NCBI GenBank assembly: GCA_021813945.1
Contig: JAKAJD010000001.1
Span: forward strand, 73,744 to 137,743
Direction: 5' to 3'
Length of the DNA stretch: 64,000 bases
DNA from: a bacterium
Lineage (GTDB): Bacteria; Patescibacteriota; Microgenomatia; Curtissbacterales; GWA2-41-24
How positions within the stretch are numbered: position 1 is the first letter of the stretch; each line of letters starts with the position of its first letter. Below the pieces are notes generated by a model that did no database searches, was not told the DNA's origin, and saw only the letters and a list, made by a program, of their open reading frames with translations. Position numbers and translations under genes: made by a program. Positions 20,323-30,016 of the stretch are shown one piece after another.

Positions 20323-21881
20323 ATTGTAATTTTCCCGCCGTCGGGTAATTTTATTTCATTGGGCATTTCTTTCCATGTATTAGAATCTATGTTGTTCAAT
20401 AATGTTTCATTGAAAACATTCAAATCTTTCGGACCTGTAACGCCTCCCGTTTTCATAATCATGTAGTCACCTTTATCAAAAGCGGCTTGAATTTCAAAAT
20501 AATTGGTATTTTTTGGAAAATAAGAAACCGTATGAATCTCAAGAGGCAATTTTGCCAAGAGCGCATAGTATTGTAAGGTATTTATATTATAAGCTTCATT
20601 CTCCGACGCTGAAATAACTATTTTACGTACACCATTCTTATTATCGTTCGAGATATATGTCAGTGTTTCTGAAACTGGCCATTTTTGAGAATTCGATGCC
20701 TTGACGTAGTTTCCAATTTGCTTATCAGCAAGTATTAAGGGTCCAATTGCCAATTCTTTATTAATTAGCTTGGCGGCAAACACCGCAGTATTTAAAAAGA
20801 CAAGAACAGGAAATATCATCGTAAGAACCAATATCACCAATAATCGCTTTGGGAAAAGAATTGTAATCAATCTAGAAATAAAGATTGCAACGACTGGAAG
20901 TAGAGGCAGCATTAAACGGTAGTCTTTATTTGGACCCAAGTAAAAAATAATAAAAGGGATTAAGAACCATCCAAGCAAAGTAGAATTTAGTTTGAGTCTT
21001 TTCCTTTGAAAATAAAACAGAATAATAAGAGTGAGAGATATTACAAACCAATACGCAGACATTCCATAATTTATAAAATCTAAAGCAGAACGGTATAAGT
21101 TACTAGCAGAAAAAGAGGACCCATAGTATAGACTTCCAAGAAGTGAAGTGTCTGTAGATCTTTTAGCTTTCCAAAGAACAGTCAAGATGTTTCTGGCATA
21201 CCAGGGTAGTGTAATTACCAAGGCAGGCACGGAAAAAATTAAAAGGTTTTTTAGATTAAAAATCGCCTTCTTGTTTTTTCTCCATACTTCGTAAATCAGT
21301 ATAGTTGCCGGCCCAGTGATAAAGAGAAAAAAATGAAACTTCATCATCATCCCTAATCCGGAGGTAATTCCCACAAAAAATAAATATTTTTTATTTTTAA
21401 GCTGTTCTGTTTTAAAAGCAAAAAAGATCCAGGCTACTACAAAAGCAGTCAAACCAAATTCAACTAAAAAATAACGAGATAGCCCATAAAAAAGGGGCAT
21501 CGTAGAAATTACAAGGCAAGAAATAAAGGCAGTTCCTTCGTCGAATAGTAAAGAGACGAGCTTAATGAAAAAGACGAAAAACATTAAGGCAAAAACTATA
21601 TTCAGGGTCACTGCAACATGATAACTTGAGCCAAAAATTAAGTATAAGGGAATAGGCAAAATCGTAATAAGCGGAGCTTTCGTTCCTAAAATCGTGGTTG
21701 TTTTCGCCAAAAAACTAAAAATTCCTTGCTCATTTAATGTTTGAAACAACATTTGAGCGCCAGTTAGGTAGTGTGCCTCATCCCAGAAAGGGGGAAGATT
21801 ATTTTTAAAAATCCAAAAGGCAGTAATTGATGTAAAAAGTAAAATCCATAAATAAAAAACAAAACGCCAACGGGAACTCAT
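20304..21881 (-). CDS. GT-C glycosyltransferase (PMT_2/ArnT-like)
   Basis: PFWDEAHY, KAPL, LVE, NKDYRLMLP. Confidence 0.8.
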   Translation of the reverse strand: MSSRWRFVFYLWILLFTSITAFWIFKNNLPPFWDEAHYLTGAQMLFQTLNEQGIFSFLAKTTTILGTKAPLITILPIPLYLIFGSSYHVAVTLNIVFALMFFVFFIKLVSLLFDEGTAFISCLVISTMPLFYGLSRYFLVEFGLTAFVVAWIFFAFKTEQLKNKKYLFFVGITSGLGMMMKFHFFLFITGPATILIYEVWRKNKKAIFNLKNLLIFSVPALVITLPWYARNILTVLWKAKRSTDTSLLGSLYYGSSFSASNLYRSALDFINYGMSAYWFVISLTLIILFYFQRKRLKLNSTLLGWFLIPFIIFYLGPNKDYRLMLPLLPVVAIFISRLITILFPKRLLVILVLTMIFPVLVFLNTAVFAAKLINKELAIGPLILADKQIGNYVKASNSQKWPVSETLTYISNDNKNGVRKIVISASENEAYNINTLQYYALLAKLPLEIHTVSYFPKNTNYFEIQAAFDKGDYMIMKTGGVTGPKDLNVFNETLLNNIDSNTWKEMPNEIKLPDGGKITIWKKVS

Positions 21882-22573
21882 CGAATCCGCTTATTTGCAA
21901 TCACAACCTCCCGTACGAGGTAATAAATAAATTTAAATCCAGTTGGTATCGCATATGAGGTACTTTGCCCCCCAATTCTATTACCCTCAATAGTTGGTAT
22001 TTCTGCGATTTTAGCGCGAGCCTTAAGGGCTCTGATTGTCATCTGAAACTCTATTGCGAAACCGGATGCATCCAAATTTAATCTTTTAAATAAACTTCTT
22101 TTTATCGCCCTGTAGCCATTTATTGTATCGCTTACTTGCCCTCCCCAAATTAAGCGTACCGCAAGAGAAAATACTATATTGGCCCATGCCCTAAACTTCA
22201 AGACTTTATCATCTTCTTCATTACGAGAATTTTTTTTGAATCTTGAGGCGATAGCCAAATCATTTCCTGCTTTTAACAAATTAATAAGTTTTGGTATGTC
22301 TGCAGGATTTTCATTACCATCTGGACTAAAAAAAACTAAATACTCTCCGTGAGATTTTGCAATAGCAATTTTAAAGGCCTCACCTCGGCCTTGTTTTTTT
22401 TGCTTTACGACTGGAATTTGGTTTTTTTTAAAAAACTCAACGGTTCCATCTGTAGATTTGAAATCCACCGCAAAAAACTCATCGACTGCTTCGAATGGAA
22501 TCTTACGGATAAGTGCCTTGACACCATCGATTTCATTTCTTGTCAAAATTACTAAAGTTGATTTTTGTACCAT
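21878..22573 (-). CDS. GT2 polyprenol-phosphate glycosyltransferase (DPM-like)
   Basis: TRNE, DFKSTDGT, SPDGNE (variant DxD), DTINGYR. Confidence 0.85.
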   Translation of the reverse strand: MVQKSTLVILTRNEIDGVKALIRKIPFEAVDEFFAVDFKSTDGTVEFFKKNQIPVVKQKKQGRGEAFKIAIAKSHGEYLVFFSPDGNENPADIPKLINLLKAGNDLAIASRFKKNSRNEEDDKVLKFRAWANIVFSLAVRLIWGGQVSDTINGYRAIKRSLFKRLNLDASGFAIEFQMTIRALKARAKIAEIPTIEGNRIGGQSTSYAIPTGFKFIYYLVREVVIANKRIR

Positions 22574-23517
22574 GAAATTGTCCTTTCCAAACCATCTTCC
22601 AGTTGTATTTGCGCTTTAAAACCGGTTTTTTCAAATGCTTTTTTAGTATCACAATTGCGCCTTGGTTGACCATCAGGTTTAGTAGTATCAAATTTAATCG
22701 TTGCTCTTTTACCAGATATTTTAACTATCATTTTTGCGAGATCCCCAATAGTGATTTCCTCATCTGCCCCGATGTTAACTGGATCTGCAATAGGATATTT
22801 TTCCGTTGTGACAAGAAGACCTTTCGCAAAATCTTCGGCATATAAAAAAGATCTAGTTTGTTTGCCGCTACCCCAAACAATTAACGGGTTTTCACCATCA
22901 AAAACACGTTTTATCATTCCAGGGATAACATGAGATATTTTGGGATCGAAATTGTCCCTTGGACCATATGCATTATAAGGTCTGGCTATTGCAACTTTCA
23001 TACCAAATTCCATTTGATAAAATTTACCAAAGAGCTCGGCCACTCTTTTTGCCCACCCATAGCCCAAATTTGTGGGTTCTGGATCATTCAAAAAACCCTC
23101 ATTTTCAGGCGTGGGTATTGTGCAGTTACGAGGATAAACACATGCAGAGCTTGTAATGAGAAATCTCTCCACCTTATTTCTACGGCCAGCTTCGATCATA
23201 TTTTTCGCAATTGCCACGTTATCACTAAACATCGTCGCTGGGTGATTAAGATTAAACTGAATTCCAGCAACTTTAGATGCCAAGTTAAGAATTACTTCTT
23301 GATTTTTAGATACCTTCATCGCAGCTCCGAAATCAGCAAGATCACATTTGATGACGGAAACCTTATCTTTTAAGTGGTCGATATTTTTTGTATGCCCCGA
23401 ACTCGTACTAACCGTTACCTTTGCATTCGCCTGAACTAAAATTTCCACAACAAAAGAACCTATAAATCCAGCGCCACCTGTTACAAGGACTCTTTTATTT
23501 CTCCAAAAGTTTTGCAT
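22552..23517 (-). CDS. fcl: GDP-4-keto-6-deoxy-sugar 3,5-epimerase/reductase (GDP-L-fucose synthase/ColC-like)
   Basis: KVAGI, SSACVYP (catalytic Cys), EPTN.GYGWAK, SHVIP (catalytic His), KPDGQPR. Confidence 0.72.
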   Translation of the reverse strand: MQNFWRNKRVLVTGGAGFIGSFVVEILVQANAKVTVSTSSGHTKNIDHLKDKVSVIKCDLADFGAAMKVSKNQEVILNLASKVAGIQFNLNHPATMFSDNVAIAKNMIEAGRRNKVERFLITSSACVYPRNCTIPTPENEGFLNDPEPTNLGYGWAKRVAELFGKFYQMEFGMKVAIARPYNAYGPRDNFDPKISHVIPGMIKRVFDGENPLIVWGSGKQTRSFLYAEDFAKGLLVTTEKYPIADPVNIGADEEITIGDLAKMIVKISGKRATIKFDTTKPDGQPRRNCDTKKAFEKTGFKAQIQLEDGLERTISWYKNQL

Positions 23518-24700
23518 TTTTCAAAAAAATACCAAATAGATCTTGTACATATTTTATATCATCTTGTACTAGGTACGGATGACTACCAATAATAAATCCT
23601 CGATCTTCCAACATTTTTGCAACGGGAAACTTTAAGCTTATATCTCCAAAAACCTTTTTATAAATAGGTTGAGATAAAAGCGGCATGAATAGTCGTGTCT
23701 CTACACCGTGTTCTTCCAAAAATAAAAGAAACTCCTCTTTTTCGATTCGTTTATCTAAAATCACTATTGGATAAAGCATGTAGCAATGCTCTGCATTTTT
23801 TCTGATCTGTGGCAATTGGAAAAAATGCGAATATCGGCTCAAGGCATTTGTTAATGATTTACCAACTTTTTGCCTTTTTTTAATAATAGAATTTTTGTTC
23901 TCCAGCTCAGCCAGACCCAGGGCACCTTCCATCTCAGTTAATCGGAAGCTGTAGCCTATATGCTCAAATTGAAATCTTCTTTCAATAAGAGAGTTTAAGC
24001 GGATCCGGTTATTTGTGTCATCATCTTCAATCTTAAGATAAATATTGTCTCTGCCATGAAACATAAGACTCTTCATCATCACTGCCAATTGTTCATCATT
24101 TGTGGTGACTATTCCCCCCACGCCGGTCACGATAATGTGAGCAACATAAGTGGAAAAAACCGCTATGTCTCCAAAGGATCCAACTGGCTGATCTAGATAA
24201 TTTACAAACATGGCTTCACAGGAATCTTCTATCACTTTCAAATTGTATTTTCTTGCGATTTTCATAATTTTTTGCATCTCTGCGCTTTGGCCAAATAGAT
24301 GAACAGGCATGATAGCTTTAGTTTTTGGTGAAATCTTCTCTTCGATTTTTAATGGATCAATACAATAATATTTCTCTTCAACATCGACAAAGACAGGTTT
24401 CAAATTATTGTGGAGAACTGCATTTGAAGACGCAATGAAGGTCAAAGCCGGGACAATTACTTCATCCCCGTCTTCCCACGAATAAGCTTCCTTCAGTGCA
24501 TGGATTGCAACCTGTAGCGCGCTAGTTCCGCTGTTTGTAACAATTGCATATTTACGGTTATGAAGTCTTGCAAACTCTTTCTCAAATTTTTCGGTAAATG
24601 AGCCGTAAGACAACCTATTATCGTTTAAGGTTTGGAGTACGTATTTTTTTGCTTTTTGGGATATTTTCAAATCGGCGATCGCAATATGCCTTTTTGTCAT
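23495..24700 (-). CDS. DegT-fold PLP enzyme with His at the catalytic Lys position (ColD-like 3-dehydratase)
   Basis: NSGTSAL, EDSCEAM, FSTYVAHIIVTGVGG instead of FSF...K.ITTGEGG. Confidence 0.75.
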   Translation of the reverse strand: MTKRHIAIADLKISQKAKKYVLQTLNDNRLSYGSFTEKFEKEFARLHNRKYAIVTNSGTSALQVAIHALKEAYSWEDGDEVIVPALTFIASSNAVLHNNLKPVFVDVEEKYYCIDPLKIEEKISPKTKAIMPVHLFGQSAEMQKIMKIARKYNLKVIEDSCEAMFVNYLDQPVGSFGDIAVFSTYVAHIIVTGVGGIVTTNDEQLAVMMKSLMFHGRDNIYLKIEDDDTNNRIRLNSLIERRFQFEHIGYSFRLTEMEGALGLAELENKNSIIKKRQKVGKSLTNALSRYSHFFQLPQIRKNAEHCYMLYPIVILDKRIEKEEFLLFLEEHGVETRLFMPLLSQPIYKKVFGDISLKFPVAKMLEDRGFIIGSHPYLVQDDIKYVQDLFGIFLKNAKLLEK

Positions 24701-24706
24701 TGCATA

Positions 24707-24735
24707 ACTTTAACAAAAAAGGTCCATTCAGTAAA
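24707..24735 (-). promoter_or_regulatory. sigma70-like promoter, extended -10 (leaderless type)
   Basis: Minus strand TTTACT-17nt-TAAAGT with TGn extension, 6 nt before ATG 24700. Confidence 0.5.
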
Positions 24736-24740
24736 TGTCA

Positions 24741-24769
24741 TTGTCCAAACTAGGTTGAAAGTCTATAAT
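24741..24769 (+). promoter_or_regulatory. sigma70-like promoter
   Basis: TTGTCC-17nt-TATAAT, 10 nt before ATG 24780. Confidence 0.6.
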
Positions 24770-24779
24770 TTACACATTC

Positions 24780-25517
24780 ATGAAGAAACCAGTAGTAGGA
24801 ATTTTGGGAGCAGGTGAGGTTGGACAAACAGTCTCTAAAATTTTCTCAAAAAAATACTCAGTGCTAAAAAAAGATTTGAATTATGACGAACTTAAAAAAT
24901 TCAAAATAGAGGTTTTACATGTTTGCTTACCATATAACAATAAATTCGAAACGATCGTTTTAGCACAAATTAAAAAAAACAAACCGAAACTAGCAATCAT
25001 TCATTCCACCGTTAAACCTGGAACAACTGCTAAAATTTTTAAAAAAGCAAAAATTCCAACTGTTCACTCACCAGTTATGGGTACGCATCCGAATTTAGAA
25101 TCAGACATACTAAAATTTGTAAAAATTATTGGGCCGGAAGATAGAGAGTCGGCAAAACTTGCTGTAAATCATCTCAAAAGTGTTGGAATTAAATCGAGGA
25201 TTTTCAGAAATTCACTAGAGTCTGAAATTGCCAAACTCTTTGACACAACATACTATGGCTGGAATATTATTTTTTCAAAAATAGTTTGGCAAGTATGCAA
25301 AAAGGCAGGTGTAAATTTTGAAAACGTGTACACAAATTTGAATAAAATCTACAATGAAGGTTATCGAGAATCGAAAGAGAATGTAATAAGACCAATACTT
25401 AATTACCAACCAGGGCCAATTGGAGGGCATTGTGTAGTTCCTAACGCTAAACTGCTTCATTCATCGTCACCTAATATAGTCTCAAAAACATTGATTGCTG
25501 AGAATAAAAAATTCTAA
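24780..25517 (+). CDS. Short nucleotide-sugar 6-dehydrogenase-family protein (UDP-Glc/GDP-Man DH N + middle domains only)
   Basis: GAGEVG, HSTVKPGT, SEIAKL, GPIGGHCV catalytic Cys motif; ends without the C-terminal domain. Confidence 0.72.
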   Translation: MKKPVVGILGAGEVGQTVSKIFSKKYSVLKKDLNYDELKKFKIEVLHVCLPYNNKFETIVLAQIKKNKPKLAIIHSTVKPGTTAKIFKKAKIPTVHSPVMGTHPNLESDILKFVKIIGPEDRESAKLAVNHLKSVGIKSRIFRNSLESEIAKLFDTTYYGWNIIFSKIVWQVCKKAGVNFENVYTNLNKIYNEGYRESKENVIRPILNYQPGPIGGHCVVPNAKLLHSSSPNIVSKTLIAENKKF

Positions 25518-25523
25518 AGGGTC

Positions 25524-26099
25524 GTGATAAAAATAAGTGCATTAGAAAAAAAACAAATTGCCGAAGTTGCTAAAATTCACAAAAAAGTGTTATCCGACGG
25601 ATTCGTATCGACATTGTCAGAAAACTTTTTAAATAAGTTTTATCTCGCTTTAACAGAGTCTCCCGATATTTTTACCCTTGTTGCAACACGAAACAAAAAA
25701 ATTCTAGGGTTCGTAAGTTGCACGACAAACGTTAAAAAACTGCCATTTTTCCTTATCAGAAATTTATGGAAAGATATAATCCTAGAAATGCTAAAAAATC
25801 CTTCAGTAATTCTTAAATTTATAGAGTCCATCTTCTATCCAAGTTTTAATGATTCTGCAGTTTCCTGTGAGGCTCTATCAATCGCAGTAATAAATACTGA
25901 AAGAGGCCAGGGAATCGGGAAGAACTTAATTTTAAATGCCAAATCAGAATTTAAAAGAAGAAAATTTGCCGAGTTTCAGCTATCGGTTAGAAGCACCATG
26001 CTAAATGCAAATAATTTCTACCAAAAAATTGGATTATCGAAAATTAAAACTGCAAAATTCTTAGGTGAAGAAATTAATTTTTGGAAAGGTAAGTGTTAA
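25524..26099 (+). CDS. GNAT family N-acetyltransferase
   Basis: SIAV....RGQGIG, ANNFYQKIG. Confidence 0.85.
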   Translation: MIKISALEKKQIAEVAKIHKKVLSDGFVSTLSENFLNKFYLALTESPDIFTLVATRNKKILGFVSCTTNVKKLPFFLIRNLWKDIILEMLKNPSVILKFIESIFYPSFNDSAVSCEALSIAVINTERGQGIGKNLILNAKSEFKRRKFAEFQLSVRSTMLNANNFYQKIGLSKIKTAKFLGEEINFWKGKC

Positions 26100-27937
26100 T
26101 AACCCAATCTAAACAGATCTAGCTTAAATTCTCGCTTAGCGCCCAAAAAGCTTCTGGTCAAATCCAAGGTTGTTATGTAGCTAACTTTTGCGTTAACATT
26201 GTCCTCTCTTGGCCAGGCATCCAGTTTGCCGGGAACCGAATCGAAAACTCGGCTAACCAGAAGAAATTTCGGATTGTATTTTTGGTAATTGCTATTAACT
26301 CCGCCAACAAAATTTAAATTTGGAGCCCAATAAATAGGCCAAAAATATGCGTCTATTGAGAGCTCATGGGCGTAAAAGCCTATGACTCCTTGTTTGCCAA
26401 CCAGGCTCCCAAGAGAAGCGGAAGACTCAGCAATATTATATGTAGGCTTATAAACTATCGTTGAAATTCCGACGAGATTAAATAAGATGTTTATACCCAA
26501 AAAAGGCAAAACTAAAATTTTTGTTGATTGGTTCCTATTCAAAAATATATAGAAAATTACAAATAGTACTGCCACAATCGATGACACGACTGCTGTTTTT
26601 GGGCCAGATAGCAGATCAAAAAAATTCAAATATGACCAAAAAGTTCCAACAAAAGAGGCAATCGGCAAAAAGAGTAAAATACTGATGTCAAAAAATATAA
26701 ACTCTTTGATTAACCATTTTTTTCTGAAAGCAATTAGAGCAATAATAACTACTAAAAATAATGAAAGGTATGGAAGCTTTTCTACAATTAATTGGTTGGC
26801 AGTAAGCCTTTTGGCGATGGCCAAAATTACTTTGGCAGATATTAAAGCAATTGGGATGGAAGCAATAATTGCAATGGCAAAATTTAAATTTTTCTTTGCC
26901 CCAGAAAAAAAAGATAAGCTTTTTAGCTGAATTCTGCTCGTTTTAATTTCAAAAACGGTTTGGGAAGCTAGTATTGCAATTGGAATAATCAAACCTAGGA
27001 TTCTAGCGTTTGAAAGGCGAGAAATAAATGGGCCCAAAATTAGAATGCCGCAAAACCAAAGTATTAAAAATTTTCGCTCTGTTGTGCGTGTTCTCTTATC
27101 GGATAAATAATTAATTGCGTTTGCCAGTGCAAGGATAACAAGTGTAAAAAGAAATGGTGAACCCCAAAAGGGGTGAAGAAAGAATCTACCAACATTGCTC
27201 CAAATATCACTTAAAGTCTCAGGGGCGTACCAATTACCGAAAGTTTTATAGATCAGTCCAATTTGTCTTCCCCAAATTGTGTAAAGTGAACCAAAAGTCA
27301 GAAGCACTAGTCCTGAAAATGGGATTAAAAATTTTAATATTTTTTTTACTGTTATGTTTTTATTTCTAATATTGGTAAGAAGGATTAATCCTGCTGAAGG
27401 GAGATAAAGAAAAGAGGTGGTTTTTGATAGGATGCTAAGTGCAAAAGCAGCACCTCCAAGTGCTTCTTTTTTCTCTTTTAACAAAAAGAAAAAACCAACT
27501 GTTGCAAACATAACAGAAAGCGATTCACCAACTGCTAACCGATTATGAAGCAAAAGCAACGTATTTATAGAAACAAGTAAAGCAGAAAGCAAAGCAACTT
27601 TAACTGACATTTTAAGGGCGATTTTGTATGTAAAAAGAACAGTTATTACTCCAGCTAAAGCGCTGATTAGTCTGGCTTGCCAAAAACCTACACCAAAAGC
27701 TAAAAAACTTAAAAGCGCACCGACGCTAAAAAGAGGTGCTGCCGCAAAATCATGATAAAAATCGTCGCGAGCAGTTTGATGAAATAAAGCGAGGTTTCTA
27801 GCGTTGTACAGCCAATAACCCTCATCTCCTACTTGTCCACTATCCAAAAGTATTGAGGGGTCCGATCCCAAAGAATTAAATCGTAAAAACGCCGCAAGTA
27901 TTATTACTAGTACAAAAACTATTTTATGTTTCTTCAC
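26096..27937 (-). CDS. GT-C glycosyltransferase (PMT_2/ArnT-like), large
   Basis: LRF, GDEGYW..NARN, QARL, GES; about 15 TM segments. Confidence 0.75.
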   Translation of the reverse strand: MKKHKIVFVLVIILAAFLRFNSLGSDPSILLDSGQVGDEGYWLYNARNLALFHQTARDDFYHDFAAAPLFSVGALLSFLAFGVGFWQARLISALAGVITVLFTYKIALKMSVKVALLSALLVSINTLLLLHNRLAVGESLSVMFATVGFFFLLKEKKEALGGAAFALSILSKTTSFLYLPSAGLILLTNIRNKNITVKKILKFLIPFSGLVLLTFGSLYTIWGRQIGLIYKTFGNWYAPETLSDIWSNVGRFFLHPFWGSPFLFTLVILALANAINYLSDKRTRTTERKFLILWFCGILILGPFISRLSNARILGLIIPIAILASQTVFEIKTSRIQLKSLSFFSGAKKNLNFAIAIIASIPIALISAKVILAIAKRLTANQLIVEKLPYLSLFLVVIIALIAFRKKWLIKEFIFFDISILLFLPIASFVGTFWSYLNFFDLLSGPKTAVVSSIVAVLFVIFYIFLNRNQSTKILVLPFLGINILFNLVGISTIVYKPTYNIAESSASLGSLVGKQGVIGFYAHELSIDAYFWPIYWAPNLNFVGGVNSNYQKYNPKFLLVSRVFDSVPGKLDAWPREDNVNAKVSYITTLDLTRSFLGAKREFKLDLFRLGY

Positions 27938-29031
27938 TTTTTTCCAACGAAGAAGTTTTTTACTTGCGAAATAACTTCATCCTGGTCGGTTTCCTTAAGG
28001 CTAGGATAAATGGGAAGACTTAAAATTTTGGCTTGTATTTCTTCGGTGACATCAAGCCGCTCATCTGCGAATTCCTTAAAAGCCGGCTGTCTGTAAGTAG
28101 GGTAGGGGTAATGGATATCAGACCCAACGCCATGTTGTTTGAGGTATTTTTTCAGCCTGTCGCGTTCTTTGGTTGCAATCACAAAAAGATGGTTTGCCGA
28201 TTTTGCTTTTGGGATGATTTTTTGAAATCTTAATTTAAGAGCAGATAATTTGTCTCTATACCGTGCGGCTATTTTCTCTCTCATCGTGTTTTCATCAGAA
28301 AGAACAGACAATTTTACTCTTAAAATCGCAGCTTGAATTTCATCAAGCCTACTGTGAGGGTAAGCACTTACATGCCAAAATCTTTTGGTTTGGCCCCCAT
28401 GTCTTAATATTTTGACCGCCGCAAAAACGCTCTTGTTATTTGTTGTAACCGCACCTCCATCACCAAAAGCGCCTAAATTTTTGGTTGGATAAAAACTAAA
28501 TGCTCCCGCATCACCAAAAGTACCTACCAATTTTTCTTCTATCATTGCACCGTTTGCTTGGCAAGCATCTTCAACAACTTTAATTTTTGCATCTTTCGCG
28601 AAGTCCAAAACCTTTTTCATATCGCATGGATTACCATAAATATGAACCGGCATAATAGCTTTAACTTTCAAATCCATTTTTCTGCTTGCTTCAGCGACAT
28701 CAATAGTCCAGCCATTAGGGTCAATATCGCAAAAAACTGGAATAGCTCCAGCTTCTAAAATCGCAATAATTGTAAAGGGCGAAGTGAATGAGACTGTCAA
28801 AACCTTATCACCTACCCCTATTCCTAGCGCTTTTAGCGAAAGTGTAAGCGAATCGGTTCCGCTGCCAACACCACAAATAAATTTGCTACCGATAAACTCG
28901 CCAAATTCGGATTCAAACTTTTCTAGCTGTTGACTCAAGATGTAAGAATTTGACTTTACAACCTCATCGATTGCCAATCGAATTTTTTTCAATATCTGAG
29001 GATTCGTCGTTAAATCAGTAACAGGAATCAT
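27934..29031 (-). CDS. DegT/DnrJ sugar aminotransferase (FdtB/WbpE-like)
   Basis: EDACQA, SFYPTKNLGAFGDGG, SRLDEIQAA, IHYP; ATG 29031 preferred. Confidence 0.9.
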   Translation of the reverse strand: MIPVTDLTTNPQILKKIRLAIDEVVKSNSYILSQQLEKFESEFGEFIGSKFICGVGSGTDSLTLSLKALGIGVGDKVLTVSFTSPFTIIAILEAGAIPVFCDIDPNGWTIDVAEASRKMDLKVKAIMPVHIYGNPCDMKKVLDFAKDAKIKVVEDACQANGAMIEEKLVGTFGDAGAFSFYPTKNLGAFGDGGAVTTNNKSVFAAVKILRHGGQTKRFWHVSAYPHSRLDEIQAAILRVKLSVLSDENTMREKIAARYRDKLSALKLRFQKIIPKAKSANHLFVIATKERDRLKKYLKQHGVGSDIHYPYPTYRQPAFKEFADERLDVTEEIQAKILSLPIYPSLKETDQDEVISQVKNFFVGKK

Positions 29032-29032
29032 A

Positions 29033-30016
29033 TTAGAAATAATATTTCTTGTTTGCCATATAATAGTCAATAGTTTTTTTAATTCCTTCGTTTATATCTG
29101 TTTTTGGTTTCCAGCCGCAAACTTTACCTATTTTTGATATATCGGCAATGTAGTCTCCAACTTCAATTTTTTTTCTATTTTTCGGAAATTCGATTATTCT
29201 GATTTTACCCGAACCCCACACCTTTATTATTGATTGGGTAAAGCCTAAAAGAGAAATTGGCATCCCTCCTAAGTTATAAACTTGTTCATCAGCTTTTTTT
29301 AAGTTACCAGCCTTAAGGCAAGCCAGAACTACATCATCTACGTAATTAACATCCCTAATCTGCTTGCCGCCACCCATGAGCGAGACAGTTTTCCCTTCCA
29401 TGATTTGTCTTATAAACCAATTTAAAACACCTTGTTTAGAGTGTTTCATCTGGTGCCTTGGCCCAAAAGTATTGGTCATTCTAAGTGAGACAACTTGTAT
29501 TCCATAAACTTTTTGATACATAAAATGATATTTCTCTCCGGCTATCGCATCAACACCATTTATGTCGGTCGGCTCTAAGGGGTGGCTTTCATCGACCGGC
29601 AAATAGTGCGCTTTTCCATACTGGTTTCTCGTTCCAGCATAAACAATCTTCACCCCTCTGTTATATTTTTTACAAGCTTCAAGCAAACATAATTGAGCTC
29701 GGCAATTTATATCCAAATCCAAAAAGGGATTTGCCATACTATCCACGTGAGAAAGTGTTCCGGCAAGATTGAAAATAATATCTTTACCCTTAACCGCCCT
29801 TGCAATCTCCTTATCGTTACGTAAGTCGGCAATTTTTAATCTGACAAAGCTTCTAACTGGTTTAATATTAAATTTATTGCCACCCATACCAGGTACTAGT
29901 GAATCATATATTTCAACATTTGCTCCGCGCTCAACGAGTGCAATTGCCAAGTTACTTCCAATAAATCCGAGCCCACCTGTTATGAGTACTCGTTTGTTTT
30001 TGTATAAATTAGTCAT
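29033..30016 (-). CDS. NAD-dependent epimerase/dehydratase-family SDR with atypical active site
   Basis: TGGLGFIG, GTRNQYG, PTDINGVDAIAGE (no YxxxK), LRMTNTFGP. Confidence 0.8.
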   Translation of the reverse strand: MTNLYKNKRVLITGGLGFIGSNLAIALVERGANVEIYDSLVPGMGGNKFNIKPVRSFVRLKIADLRNDKEIARAVKGKDIIFNLAGTLSHVDSMANPFLDLDINCRAQLCLLEACKKYNRGVKIVYAGTRNQYGKAHYLPVDESHPLEPTDINGVDAIAGEKYHFMYQKVYGIQVVSLRMTNTFGPRHQMKHSKQGVLNWFIRQIMEGKTVSLMGGGKQIRDVNYVDDVVLACLKAGNLKKADEQVYNLGGMPISLLGFTQSIIKVWGSGKIRIIEFPKNRKKIEVGDYIADISKIGKVCGWKPKTDINEGIKKTIDYYMANKKYYF

